Shown: positions 32,030-42,985, numbered from the whole stretch's first letter. The stretch is 62,655 nt of DNA, filler included, from 3 parts of 3 records of this genome joined end to end with filler, not necessarily neighbours in it; one strand, 5' to 3'. Numbers and translations are program-made. The notes: generated by a model from the sequence alone, not told the origin.

Positions 32030-32842
32030 TTATATTATAAATTTGTCTTCATCAATTATTTTTGTGAAGTGTTTCATATATTTTAAATATACATCATTAT
32101 GAAGTCTTTTCATACACTCTTTATATCTAGCATCCTCTTCACTGCTATAAATCTCAATTACCTCCTTAGTTTTTTGTATATCTTTGATATCAACACAACT
32201 TTCTAAAGCTGCCATATATTTATCATAAAGTTTTCGCCCAAAGTAGTAGCTCATTAATCTTTTTGCATGGGCTAATACATCCCTTTCAAATAGAATATTT
32301 CCTAATAAAGAAAACTCTATTGTAGGAGATTCATTTGAACCATCTTTATGCTCTTTGTATTGAAGTTTTTGTTCTAAAATACCTAATGCACTAGCTAACC
32401 CATGAACAATAGTTGCAGGATGTGGGGGACAACCTGGAATATAAACATCAACAGGAACTACTTTATCAACTCCACCCCATACACTATAAGCATCATGAAA
32501 AATACCACCACTTGAACCACAAGCTCCAATTGCCACTACAACTTTTGGGTCAGGTGCTACTTCATATGCTCTTAATAAAGGATAATACATCTGTCTTGTA
32601 ACAGGTCCAGAACAAACTAAAATATCTGCATGTCTAGGACTTGCTACAAGTTTAAATCCTAATCTTTCTGGATCCCACATAGGAGTAATGGCTGCAAAAA
32701 TCTCAATCTCACAACCATTACAAGAACCACAATCAACTCTATATACATTAAAACTTTTTTTAATATTTTTTAAATGCTCTAATTTTGCTTCAAGAGAATT
32801 TGCATTTTTAATCTCTTCTGGGACAATATAAGTTTGGCTCAT
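32030..32842 (-). CDS. hyfI: Group 4 hydrogenase small subunit (HyfI/HycG)
   Basis: DCGSCNGCEIE, SPRHAD, GACGSSGG, YIPGCPPHP; ATG 32842 with AAGGAG RBS overlaps hyfH stop. Confidence 0.9.
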   Translation of the reverse strand: MSQTYIVPEEIKNANSLEAKLEHLKNIKKSFNVYRVDCGSCNGCEIEIFAAITPMWDPERLGFKLVASPRHADILVCSGPVTRQMYYPLLRAYEVAPDPKVVVAIGACGSSGGIFHDAYSVWGGVDKVVPVDVYIPGCPPHPATIVHGLASALGILEQKLQYKEHKDGSNESPTIEFSLLGNILFERDVLAHAKRLMSYYFGRKLYDKYMAALESCVDIKDIQKTKEVIEIYSSEEDARYKECMKRLHNDVYLKYMKHFTKIIDEDKFII

Positions 32843-33375
32843 TTTGTACTCCTTGCACAATTTACTACAAGTTTTTCAACTTCCATTGCTCTTTTACAAT
32901 CTGGACAAGTTTTCATATATTTTGTTTTTACATCAATTGTTTTTTCATCCCATCCAGCTTTTTGCAATCTATTTAGATTGTACGCAATAAGTTTTTTTGT
33001 TGTAAAAGGTTTATTACAAACTTCACAATACTCAACATCAAGTTCACCTCTTTCTTTTAAGTCTTTTTTATCAAACTTAACAGCTATTTCAAACTCTTGA
33101 GAAAGAACAACAGCACCTGTTGGACATACCTCATCGCATCTTCCACAAAAGATACATCTTGCAGCATCAAACTCCCAAACAAGTTTATTTTTTCCTTCAT
33201 TTAGTTTTACATTTATTGCATTTGAAGGACAAGCAACTCCACAAGCTGTACAACCTATACAATTTTCATATGTGTATGAAGGTTTCCCTCTAAAACCTTC
33301 ATTTACCTCATAAGGTTCCAATGGATAGGCATAGGTTGCTTTTCCATATTTGTTTGCCATATCAAGTAGTTTCAT
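32839..33375 (-). CDS. hyfH: FHL iron-sulfur subunit (HyfH/HycF, NuoI-like)
   Basis: FRGKP, CIGCTACGVACP, CIFCGRCDEVCP, extra CEVC and CPDC. Confidence 0.9.
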   Translation of the reverse strand: MKLLDMANKYGKATYAYPLEPYEVNEGFRGKPSYTYENCIGCTACGVACPSNAINVKLNEGKNKLVWEFDAARCIFCGRCDEVCPTGAVVLSQEFEIAVKFDKKDLKERGELDVEYCEVCNKPFTTKKLIAYNLNRLQKAGWDEKTIDVKTKYMKTCPDCKRAMEVEKLVVNCARSTK

Positions 33376-33384
33376 CTCTTACTC

Positions 33385-35124
33385 CTACATATTTTTTAAT
33401 GGATGGTTTTTCAAAGATTGTGAATATCTTTTTAAATCCATATGGGTTAATACTTTTGTTTTTTTACTATTAATATCAACCACAGTAACTCTTTCTGTAC
33501 AAGAGTAACAAGGGTCTAATGAGCAAACAATAAGTGCAGCATCTGCAATAGTGTTTCCTCTAAATTGGTATCTTAGTGATGGCCAGTTGTTATATGTAGC
33601 TGCTCTACATCTCCATCTATAAACTTTTTGTGCATTTCCATGCATAATCCAGTGGATATTTTCACCCCTTGGAGCTTCATCATTTCCAATACCATATGCA
33701 CCTGGTTTAATCATAGTTTGTGGTTTTATTACAGTTAAACCACCAGGCATCATCTCAAAACATTGTCTGATAATAGAGATAGATTCTAAAAGCTCTCTAT
33801 ACCTAACTGTTTCTCTTGCAAATACATCACAACCATCTTCAGTTGGGATTTCAAAATCTAATTGAGTTAAAAAGTCATAAGGATGGTCATATCTAGAATC
33901 TCTTTTAAATCCACACCCTCTTACGTTTGGTCCTACAGGTGAAAAATCTCTGGCAACTTGTTTATCTAAGACACCTACACCTTTCCATCTTTCAATTTGG
34001 TTTTTATCATCCATTACTGCATCCCAAACCTCTTTTGTTTGTTGCTCAATGGTTTTAAGTAGTTCCAAACTTTTTTTAATCTCATCTCCTGTCATATCTC
34101 TTCTTAGTCCACCCATAACAACATTTCCGTATGTTTTACGTCCACCTGTTACTAACTGAGCTAACTCCATAGAAAACTCTCTAATTCTAAAGATGTGCAT
34201 AAAAGCGTTTACATTTCCAGTTACTTCACAAGCAAGTCCTATGTTTAATAGATGAGAGTGTAATCTTTCAATCTCTAAACATATGATTCTCATAGCTTGT
34301 GCTCTTAAAGGTATCTCTAACCCTATAGCTTTTTCAGCAGCTTCAATACAAGCAATTGAGTGAGCATATCCACAAATACCACATACTCTTTCTGCTAAAT
34401 AACCCATTTGGTCATAGTTCATTCTATTTTCTGCTAATTTTTCCATACCTCTGTGTTGGTAAAAAAGTCTATAATCAGCATCTATGATAGTATCCCCATC
34501 ACAATATAATCTAAAATGTCCAGGTTCATCACTTGTAATATGTAAAGGTCCTAAAGGTACATCAAGTACCCCTGCTCCTTCAGGTTTTATAAACTCTGCT
34601 TCTGGTTCATCTTTATGGTCAACTGGGTCTGGTCTATGTCTATAATCCATAGAGTCTTTTCTTAAAGGAAATAATCCTTCAGGCCAGTCATCAGATACCA
34701 TTAGTCTTCTTGGGTCTGGTAAACCAACTGCTGTAATCCCAAACATATCATAGGCTTCCCTTTCATACCAAACTGCTGCTGGTACTTTTAGAGTTACTGA
34801 AGGGAAAGTTGGATCATTTGCTGGAAGGAAAGTTTTAACTGTAATCCAACATTTCTCCTCTTGTGGTAACTCATCATCAGGAGTCATTTTTCCACCCTCC
34901 ATAGATAAAACATAATAAAGGGCATAATTTCCATTTATTTGTCTCTCATCATTTGGAATCATAGTTGATAACCAACCACCTAAGTCGTAATATAAAATTC
35001 TTACAGTTTCAGCAAGATCGTTTCTATCAACAGTAATTGTAATTTGATCTTCAGGCTGTCTGTATATATCGTGAATTACTATTTTTTCTTTCACTTTGTT
35101 TATTAAATTGTCACCTATTTTCAT
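33385..35124 (-). CDS. hyfG: Group 4 [NiFe] hydrogenase large subunit (HyfG/HycE)
   Basis: NuoC-like WYEREAYDMFG fused to large subunit; L1 RVCGICGYAH, L2 DPCYSCTER plus cleavable C-terminal tail. Confidence 0.95.
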   Translation of the reverse strand: MKIGDNLINKVKEKIVIHDIYRQPEDQITITVDRNDLAETVRILYYDLGGWLSTMIPNDERQINGNYALYYVLSMEGGKMTPDDELPQEEKCWITVKTFLPANDPTFPSVTLKVPAAVWYEREAYDMFGITAVGLPDPRRLMVSDDWPEGLFPLRKDSMDYRHRPDPVDHKDEPEAEFIKPEGAGVLDVPLGPLHITSDEPGHFRLYCDGDTIIDADYRLFYQHRGMEKLAENRMNYDQMGYLAERVCGICGYAHSIACIEAAEKAIGLEIPLRAQAMRIICLEIERLHSHLLNIGLACEVTGNVNAFMHIFRIREFSMELAQLVTGGRKTYGNVVMGGLRRDMTGDEIKKSLELLKTIEQQTKEVWDAVMDDKNQIERWKGVGVLDKQVARDFSPVGPNVRGCGFKRDSRYDHPYDFLTQLDFEIPTEDGCDVFARETVRYRELLESISIIRQCFEMMPGGLTVIKPQTMIKPGAYGIGNDEAPRGENIHWIMHGNAQKVYRWRCRAATYNNWPSLRYQFRGNTIADAALIVCSLDPCYSCTERVTVVDINSKKTKVLTHMDLKRYSQSLKNHPLKNM

Positions 35125-35135
35125 AGCCTCTCTCC

Positions 35136-36620
35136 TTACATTCCCATGATAATATTTACTGCATTTCTAAGTAGTGTAAACCAAGGTGTTACAGTAAATA
35201 ATCCAAAGATGATTATTAGTGCAGCTAAACCTATTAAAGGTAGATTTGCACTCATTGGTAACTCTTTTCTTAATACTTTAGAGTTACTCTCACCAAATGT
35301 TGCCAAGTTAAAGTGAGAAAAGTCAGCTATAAAGATAATAATAAGTCCAATAATAAATAAAATCACCTCTAGGTTAATTCCATTTATAATAGATTGTTTA
35401 ATCATCATAAACTCACTTACAAATATTGCAAACCCTGGTACACCTACCAATGAACAAACTGCAATACCAAACAATATTGCTGTAATAGGTGCTATTTTTA
35501 TCAAACCACCCATTTTTGTCATATCTCTAGTTCCATATATTTGAATCATATTTCCAGTTACGCAAAAAGCCAAAGCTTTTGTTACTGAGTGAGCTAAAGC
35601 GTGAAATAAAGCTGCAAATAATCCAACTGGACCACCAACACCCAATCCAAATGCTATAACTCCCATATGTGCTATAGAGTGATATGCAAACATTCTTTTA
35701 ACATCATGTTGCATAAGTAGGAAAAATGAAGCTATAAAGATAGTTACTAAACCACTTATTATCATCAATCCTTGTACATACTCAAACCCAGCTAATGAGT
35801 TTCCAGTAACTGCGTAGTATCTAATCAAACCTAATATTGCACATTTTAAAAGAATCCCTGAAAGCATTGCTGAAGAAGGAGCTGGTCCTTCTGAGTGAAC
35901 ATCAGGTAACCAAGTGTGTGTAGGAGCAAGTCCTGCTTTAGTACCAAAACCAATTAGAGCAAATACAAAAATAAGTTTTAGTGCATCTTGGTCTATATCT
36001 TTAGCATGAGCCATTAATGTAGTCCATAACATTGCACTATGGCTATCGTTGATTACATTAAACCCTGCACTATATAAAAGTACAGTTGCATATAAAGCAA
36101 AAGCTAAACCTATACTACAGATAATAATATATTTCCATCCAGTTTCTGTTGATTTTTTACTTTTTTGAACGGCTACCATAAATACAGAAGATAAAGTAGT
36201 AGCTTCAATTCCAACCCACATCAAAGCAATATTGTTTGCTAATACTGAAAAGGTCATAGTAAATACAAAAAGATGGAACAATGAAAAGAATAATCTAGTA
36301 TCTTTTACCTCTAAATGTTTATGTTCAACTTCCCATTGCATATATTTAACAGAATACAAATTTACTAATAATCCTGTTACAGCTATAAGTGAGATAAACA
36401 CTGCTCCTAAAGAATCTATAAAAAACATCTCATCAAAGATAAAGTATGTTTCTCCATCTATTACATTTGATACAGCTAACAATCCAACTATAGTTGTAAG
36501 GATTGAACCAATCACATGTAAAGTACTTAATAGTTTATAATGATTAGGCATCACCCAGATTATTATAGAAGCAACTAAAGGAATAAGGATTAATAAGATT
36601 AATAATTGTTGAATATCCAT
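35136..36620 (-). CDS. hyfF: Hydrogenase-4 membrane subunit F (antiporter-like)
   Basis: WVGIEATTL, GFGTKAGLAPTHTWLPDVH, KRMFAYHS. Confidence 0.88.
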   Translation of the reverse strand: MDIQQLLILLILIPLVASIIIWVMPNHYKLLSTLHVIGSILTTIVGLLAVSNVIDGETYFIFDEMFFIDSLGAVFISLIAVTGLLVNLYSVKYMQWEVEHKHLEVKDTRLFFSLFHLFVFTMTFSVLANNIALMWVGIEATTLSSVFMVAVQKSKKSTETGWKYIIICSIGLAFALYATVLLYSAGFNVINDSHSAMLWTTLMAHAKDIDQDALKLIFVFALIGFGTKAGLAPTHTWLPDVHSEGPAPSSAMLSGILLKCAILGLIRYYAVTGNSLAGFEYVQGLMIISGLVTIFIASFFLLMQHDVKRMFAYHSIAHMGVIAFGLGVGGPVGLFAALFHALAHSVTKALAFCVTGNMIQIYGTRDMTKMGGLIKIAPITAILFGIAVCSLVGVPGFAIFVSEFMMIKQSIINGINLEVILFIIGLIIIFIADFSHFNLATFGESNSKVLRKELPMSANLPLIGLAALIIIFGLFTVTPWFTLLRNAVNIIMGM

Positions 36621-36623
36621 AAC

Positions 36624-37271
36624 TTATCCTTTCAACTGTGTTGCTTTTGATACATCTAAAGAGCCAAAATATTTATAAAATCTTTGTGCAAATATAGATG
36701 TGATAATAACTGCGAAAATTGCATCAGTTAAAATACCTAGTTCTACAATCTCTGGTGAGTTGTATGCCATTAAAGCTAAAGATAAATGAATACCATTTTC
36801 AAAAGTACAATATGCAAGTATTTGTTTTATTGCTGAGTTTCTTAATACAAAACCAAAAACTCCAATCATAAATATTGCTATTGATACTATCAAAGGTATA
36901 TGCTCTTTTATCAATGAAAATTTTAAATACACTGGATATAAAGCCATTGCTATTGCAAGTGAAAATGCAAGGGCAACTATTGGACTTACAAAAAATCCCA
37001 GTACTGGTTCATCTTCATGTACTACATTTAGTTTTTTGATTAATCTTAATAAAATAAAAGGAACAAAAATCACTTTAGTAAAAAATGCAATTATTGCCCA
37101 ACCAGCTAACTCTTCAGCCCCATAAGTGATATATAAAAATAAAAATATCATCACCAATATAAAAGTTTGAAAAGCGTACGCATATGTAGCCATTTTGTAG
37201 TTTCTTATACCAAAAACACAAAGTGAGCTAAAAATCAATACAATTGATAATATACTTAATAAATCATACAT
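36624..37271 (-). CDS. hyfE: Hydrogenase-4 membrane subunit E
   Basis: Polytopic, KQILAYCTFENGIHL, ELGILTD. Confidence 0.85.
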   Translation of the reverse strand: MYDLLSILSIVLIFSSLCVFGIRNYKMATYAYAFQTFILVMIFLFLYITYGAEELAGWAIIAFFTKVIFVPFILLRLIKKLNVVHEDEPVLGFFVSPIVALAFSLAIAMALYPVYLKFSLIKEHIPLIVSIAIFMIGVFGFVLRNSAIKQILAYCTFENGIHLSLALMAYNSPEIVELGILTDAIFAVIITSIFAQRFYKYFGSLDVSKATQLKG

Positions 37272-37272
37272 A

Positions 37273-38196
37273 TCATACTCCTACCACATATAAAACAAGT
37301 GCAATAAATGCAACAATTAGTGGAGGAACTGCGCTTGCTCTAAAACTTGTTAATATTTTGAATCTTGGTCCAAAATTATCAATAAATACTGCTGATACAT
37401 AGAAAATCCCTGCTTTAAGTATAAAAACAATTAAAGCTAGTATTGGGTTTTCAAAATTCCAAGGTTCAAATATAGATAAAAACAATCCAATCATTGCAAA
37501 CTGTTTTAATATCAAAGCTGCATGAGCTAGTGCGAAATCTGAACCCGCATATTCACCTAAAACACCCTCTTGTAACTCTTGTTCTGCTTCAGCTAAATCG
37601 TAAGGGTTTCTTCCTGATTCAACATACATTGCCCATAAAAAAGATATTGATGCTATTGCAAAAGCAGGAGTTTGATAACCAATCTCTCCACTTCTAACTA
37701 AGTGTTGGATCTCTACTAGGTTTGTTGTATTTGCTAATAACATTACAACTAAAAGACTAATCACAATCACAGGTTCTACAAAGATACCAATCACTTGTTC
37801 TCTACTACCACCAACTCCCGCATATGGATTTCCTGAATCTATAGAAGTTGCACCAAATATAAACCTTAATAAAGCACCAAGATAGATAAATACAAATACA
37901 TCTGAATAAGCACCAGCTAAACTATCTGTGCTGTAAGTAATAGGTATAGCTGCTAACAAGGCTGCACCTGCTACAAAAAGTGTAAATGGACCAGTTCTAA
38001 AAATCCAATGTGCACATTTTGGTGCAGTTCTTGCTCTTTTCATAAGCTTGTATATATCTCTATATGTTTGGAAAAAATCAGGCACGCCCTCTCTTGATTG
38101 AAGTTTTGCTCTTAATTTTCTTGCCATACCATCAAATAATGGTGCTACTAAAATTATTGCTATAACTTGAATAAGCATTAAAAATATACTGTTCAT
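37273..38196 (-). CDS. hyfC: Hydrogenase-4 subunit C (NuoH-like)
   Basis: RKLRAKLQSREG, GRNPYDLAEAEQELQEG; ATG 38196 with AAGGA RBS. Confidence 0.88.
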   Translation of the reverse strand: MNSIFLMLIQVIAIILVAPLFDGMARKLRAKLQSREGVPDFFQTYRDIYKLMKRARTAPKCAHWIFRTGPFTLFVAGAALLAAIPITYSTDSLAGAYSDVFVFIYLGALLRFIFGATSIDSGNPYAGVGGSREQVIGIFVEPVIVISLLVVMLLANTTNLVEIQHLVRSGEIGYQTPAFAIASISFLWAMYVESGRNPYDLAEAEQELQEGVLGEYAGSDFALAHAALILKQFAMIGLFLSIFEPWNFENPILALIVFILKAGIFYVSAVFIDNFGPRFKILTSFRASAVPPLIVAFIALVLYVVGV

Positions 38197-38206
38197 AGCA
38201 AATCCT

Positions 38207-40168
38207 TTAAACCATATAACTAAAAGCAATAAAAGCACATAGAGCTAGTAAGATATATAAAGAGTACATATTTACATTTCCATTTTGCATTTTTGCTACT
38301 GTTCTTGCTGTTCGCATAGTTAGATTAATAACCGGTTGATAAAATATATCCCACCACACATCTCTTGCGTGGGTTTTATAAATAACTGGTTTAAAATAAC
38401 CTTGGTCAACAACCTCTGTTTTACTTTTATATAACCAATCAAGTATTCTTCTTAGGTCACCTGTAAAAGGTGAAGCAGTCATTTGCATTCTGCTGTTATA
38501 TTTAAATCCGCAAGCCCAAGGGTCAGTTTCTCTTGGAGCTGTTCTATTTGCATTAGAAAATTTAACAATCATAAGTGGTAAGATAACTGTTACAGCTAAA
38601 ACAACTGCAATCAACAAGGGAGATACCATAGAGCCAATTGGTGAACTTACAACTGCACCATTTACCGCTTCATATTTACCAGAAAAAGTACTAACAACTT
38701 GCATTATGTTTTCTACTACAACATTTGCACCTAAACCAAAAGCTACACATCCAAATACTAAAATAAACATCCCTAATACCATAGAAAAAGGAACTTCTCT
38801 AGCTTTATCAAAGATTTTTTCATCTCTTGGTGTACCACCAAAAATCACTGTATAAACTTTTACAAAACACATTACTGCTAAAGCTCCTGTTAAAGCTAAA
38901 GCAACAACTGCTAATACAAATACTGCACGACTTCCTATATATGGAGCTAGAGCTCCTTGAATCATACCTTGGTAAGTTACCCATTCACTAACAAAACCAT
39001 TTAATGGTGGAATTGCTGTAATAGCTAAAGAACCAATTAAAAAAGCAAATGCTGTAAATGGCATTTTTTTAGCTAAACCACCTAACACATCCATATCTTT
39101 TGTATGAGTTCTATATAAAACACTTCCTGCACCTAAAAAAAGTAAACCTTTAAAGGTTGCATGGTTTAGAATATGATAAAGTCCTGCTAAAAAACCAACA
39201 GCTGCTAAAGTTGGCATATTTGCTGCAATTCCATAAACTCCAGTTCCTAAACCTAAAAGAATAATTCCAATATTTTCAACTGAGTGGTAAGCTAATAAAG
39301 CTTTATAATCGTGTTGTACTAAAGCATATAGTACCCCTAAAAGTGCAGATAAGGCTCCAACTATAATAATAAGTAAACCCCACCATTGCATAACTGGCAA
39401 CCATAAACAAAATTTAATAATCCCAAATAAAGCAACTTTAATCATAACTCCACTCATAAGTGCAGATACATTTGTTGGTGCTGCTGGGTGAGCTTTTGGT
39501 AACCAAACATGCATAGGAAACATCCCTGCTTTTGAACCAAAACCAATAAATGCTAATAAAAATATAATACTTGCTCTTGTTGGACTTAATGTAATATTTT
39601 CAAAAGAACTAAACTCCATAGAACCAGATTGTGCAGCTAACAGTAAAAATGCTGCTGTAATACACATAGCTCCAAGGTGCGCAATTCCTAAATAAATCAT
39701 AATCGCTTTTAATGAACTTTTTGAGTCATTAAAACAGATTAAATATGCTGAGATTATTGTCATACACTCCCAGTAAATTATAAACCAAAACACATCTGAA
39801 GAAGCAATCAATAAAAGCATAGATAAGATAAAGGCATTAAACATACCTGCCATAACAGCAAGGCTTCCTTTTTTCTCATACTCTAGTGAATATTGAATTG
39901 CATACACTGATGAAGCAAAAGCTACAAGTGATACAACAAATGAAAAAAAGTTTCCTAAAGGGTTTAAAGTAAGTTTTGGACTATACAATAAGCCCTCAAA
40001 CATAGTGTAACTTGAGCTTTCACCCATGTTAATTAAAAAATAGAAAACTCCAAAACCTGATGCAACAGCAGAGATAAAAAACCCAACTTTTGCAGCAATT
40101 TTATTTTGTTTATATAATAGTAATGAAATAACACAACCAAAAAGATATAAAAAATACACTTGTGTCAT
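38207..40168 (-). CDS. hyfB: Hydrogenase-4 subunit B (antiporter-like)
   Basis: GSKAGMFPMHVWLPKAHPAAP, LLAYHSVENIG, PPLNGFVSEW, PWACG. Confidence 0.9.
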   Translation of the reverse strand: MTQVYFLYLFGCVISLLLYKQNKIAAKVGFFISAVASGFGVFYFLINMGESSSYTMFEGLLYSPKLTLNPLGNFFSFVVSLVAFASSVYAIQYSLEYEKKGSLAVMAGMFNAFILSMLLLIASSDVFWFIIYWECMTIISAYLICFNDSKSSLKAIMIYLGIAHLGAMCITAAFLLLAAQSGSMEFSSFENITLSPTRASIIFLLAFIGFGSKAGMFPMHVWLPKAHPAAPTNVSALMSGVMIKVALFGIIKFCLWLPVMQWWGLLIIIVGALSALLGVLYALVQHDYKALLAYHSVENIGIILLGLGTGVYGIAANMPTLAAVGFLAGLYHILNHATFKGLLFLGAGSVLYRTHTKDMDVLGGLAKKMPFTAFAFLIGSLAITAIPPLNGFVSEWVTYQGMIQGALAPYIGSRAVFVLAVVALALTGALAVMCFVKVYTVIFGGTPRDEKIFDKAREVPFSMVLGMFILVFGCVAFGLGANVVVENIMQVVSTFSGKYEAVNGAVVSSPIGSMVSPLLIAVVLAVTVILPLMIVKFSNANRTAPRETDPWACGFKYNSRMQMTASPFTGDLRRILDWLYKSKTEVVDQGYFKPVIYKTHARDVWWDIFYQPVINLTMRTARTVAKMQNGNVNMYSLYILLALCAFIAFSYMV

Positions 40169-40178
40169 AACTTATCCT

Positions 40179-40745
40179 TTATAAATATTTCGCTCTTTCT
40201 TGTACTAAAGACTCAACAGCTAATTGTGCTTTTTCTTCTATATAAGTGTTGTTTGAAACATTTTCAAAAGATAAAGCACCAGTAGGACAAACTTCGACAC
40301 ATGAAGGTCCATCCTCTCTTCCTAAACATAAATCACATTTAACAGCTATACTTTTTGCTCCTGCTTGTGATTCGACTCCTAAGTTATATTTTGGTTCCAT
40401 CGTGTAATCAACCGAAGGCATTAATTCTGCTTCAGGTCTAATTGCTCCAAAAGGGCAAGCTAATGTACACATTTTGCAACCTATACAAATCTCTTCATGT
40501 AATAAAATAGAATCTTTACCAAACTCTAAAGCTCCAACGGGACAAACATTTGCACAAGGAGCATCATCACATTGTCTACATTGGTTTGGCATTGTTCCAC
40601 TTTTTGTTCTTGTTACCACTAATCTTGGAACCGCTAATTTTCCTCTTTGGTATGCGGACTCATAACATGCTGCCATACAAGTTGCACACCCTATACAAGT
40701 GTTTGGATTAGCAATTACATATTTGTTGTTTAATGCTAAACTCAT
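40179..40745 (-). CDS. hyfA: 4x[4Fe-4S] ferredoxin subunit (HyfA/HycB)
   Basis: CIGCATCMAAC, CRQCDDAPCANVCP, CIGCKMCTLACP, KCDLC..CVEVCP. Confidence 0.9.
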   Translation of the reverse strand: MSLALNNKYVIANPNTCIGCATCMAACYESAYQRGKLAVPRLVVTRTKSGTMPNQCRQCDDAPCANVCPVGALEFGKDSILLHEEICIGCKMCTLACPFGAIRPEAELMPSVDYTMEPKYNLGVESQAGAKSIAVKCDLCLGREDGPSCVEVCPTGALSFENVSNNTYIEEKAQLAVESLVQERAKYL

Positions 40746-40747
40746 AA

Positions 40748-42985
40748 TTATCTCCTTACAGTACGATATAGTTCAGATGGATGCATTTGCATATCTGTAT
40801 GGTTACGAATCTCTATAAACTCTTGTTCTGTTATTTTTTTGATATTAGCGATTGTCATTTTTAATGGATTCATACCAGATAAAGGATCTTTATCTTCTGC
40901 ATTTGCCAACTCATTTCCATCTGCTTCTGCATAATGGAAGGTTGTAAAAATAGTTCCATGTCTTAAATCATGGTTGATATTAACTTTTGCAGCAATTTTT
41001 CCTCTTTTATTTTCAACAACAGCATAACACCCCTCATCTAGTTCTCTTTCTCTTGCAATATCATCACTAACTTCAATTGCAGCTCCCATAAAATCTGAAC
41101 CTAGTTCTAAGGGTTTACACTCTCTTGTCATTGTTCCTGTGTGATAATGATAAACTTTTCTACCAGTTGTAAACAAACAAGGATAAAGCTCATTTACTTT
41201 CTCACTCATTGCACCTGAACCTATTGGGTAATCTTCAGGCATATTAAATTTATTTACGAATTCTTTTTCAAGATTTGCTCTTTGATTTTTATCATCTGCA
41301 TAAATTACTGGTACTAATTTAAATTTTCCATCAGGTAACATAGATTTTTTATCTTCATATAATACAGGTGTTCCTGGATGTTCATTGGTTGGACAAGGCC
41401 AACTAATACCATTGTTTTCTTCCATTCTTTTATAAGATATTCCACCAAAGAATTTTGGGTTTACTTCTCTTACTTCATTCCAAATCTCTTCAGAAGTTTT
41501 AAAATCAAAACCTTTCAAACCTATCTCATTTGCAATATTTGCTACAACTTGCCAATCAGATACAAGGTTTTCATTTGGTTCAATTGCTTTTTTAATAAGT
41601 TGTACTCTTCTTGAAGTATTTATAAAAGTTCCATCTTTTTCTGCCCATGATGCAGCAGGTAAGATTACATCAGCTTTTTGTGCTGTTTCAGTTAAAAATA
41701 TATCTTGAACAATAAATGTTTCTAATTCACTTACTGCTTTTACGAAGTGTTCTGTCCAAGGGTCACTCATAACTGGGTTTTCACCAAACACATAAAGTAA
41801 TTTTAGTTTTCCCTCTTCAATTTTTTCTGGAGCATGTGTTAAAGAATATCCCACTTTATCACTTATCTCATAGCCCCAAACATCTTTTATATGTGCTCTA
41901 ACTTCTGGATTTGTTACCATCCCATTTGGTACTACATTTGGTAAAGCTCCCATATCACAAGAACCTTGTACATTGTTTTGTCCTCTTAAAGGATTTACAC
42001 CTGCACCTTTTTTACCTAAGTTACCAGTTAAAATAGCTAAGTTTGATAATGAAAAGATATTTGATGTACCATCAATAAATTGTGTCATACCCATTGTATA
42101 ACATATTGCTGCGGCACTTGCTTTTGCGTATGTTCTTGCAGCTTCTTTTACAAGCTCTTGAGAGATACCAGTTTCCTCTTCTACTCTTTTGGGAGTAAAC
42201 TCTTTTACTGCCTCTTTTACATACTCAAAACCTACAGAGTAGTTTTCTACAAACTCTTTGTCATATAATTTTTCTTCAATTATATAGTTTATCATTGCAT
42301 TTAAAAAAGGTATATTGTAACCAACTGGTGTTTGGATATAGAGGTCTGCTTTTTTTGCCATATCTGTTCTTTTTGGGTCAATAACAATCATTTTTGCCCC
42401 TCGTTCAAGACCTCTTAACATCTGCATCGCAATTATTGGGTGGCACTCACTTGTATTTGTACCAATTAAAACTAATACTTCACTATGTGTAGCAAACTCA
42501 ACCAAGTCATTTGTCATAGTTCCATTTCCAAGAGTTTTAGTCAGACCGACTACTGTTGGACCATGTCAAAGTCTTGCACAGTGATCTATATTATTAGTTC
42601 CTAAAGTTCTAAATAGTTTTTGGAAGACATAGTTATCTTCATTTGAACATCTAGCTGATGAGAATCCCATCATACTATCTGCACCATATTTGTCCACTGT
42701 AGATTTGATTTTTGAAGCAACAAAACTATAAGCTTCTTCAAAACTAACCTCTACTAATTTACCCTCTTTAGAAAAAACACCATCTTTTTTTCTCATCATA
42801 GGTTTTGTTAGTCTTCTTGGTGAGTGAACATACTCCCAACCAAAAAGTCCTTTTAGACAAAGTTCTCCATCATTAATATGATGTCCTACTGTTGGTGTTG
42901 CTTTTTTGATTTTATTGTTTTCTACATGTAAATCAAGATTGCAACCTGTTCCACAATAGGGGCATGTAGTCTGAATTTTTTTCAT
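40748..42985 (-). CDS. fdhF: Selenocysteine formate dehydrogenase H-type alpha subunit (copy 1), 745 aa, Sec140
   Basis: ORFs 42566-42985 and 40748-42517 are in frame across TGA 42566-42568: DHCARL-U-HGPTVVGLTKTLGNG; CPYCGTGC..C; RGQNNVQG. Confidence 0.94.
42538..42552 (-). promoter_or_regulatory. Bacterial SECIS hairpin of fdhF copy 1
   Basis: TAGTC-GGTCT-GACTA starting 14 nt after the UGA. Confidence 0.85.

Noticed and set aside
33385-35124. Possible [NiFeSe] hydrogenase given the selenium context
   Set aside because: Both metal-binding motifs use Cys codons (CGIC, CYSC); no in-frame TGA
31672-37275. Other TGA stops in the hyf operon (hyfC, hyfH, hycH) as Sec codons
   Set aside because: They fall at expected protein ends, two are ATGA start/stop overlaps, and no SECIS-like hairpin follows
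29921-42985. fdhF pseudogenes or separate 139/140-aa Fe-S proteins as implied by the ORF track
   Set aside because: Frames are continuous through a single TGA at the catalytic position with a SECIS
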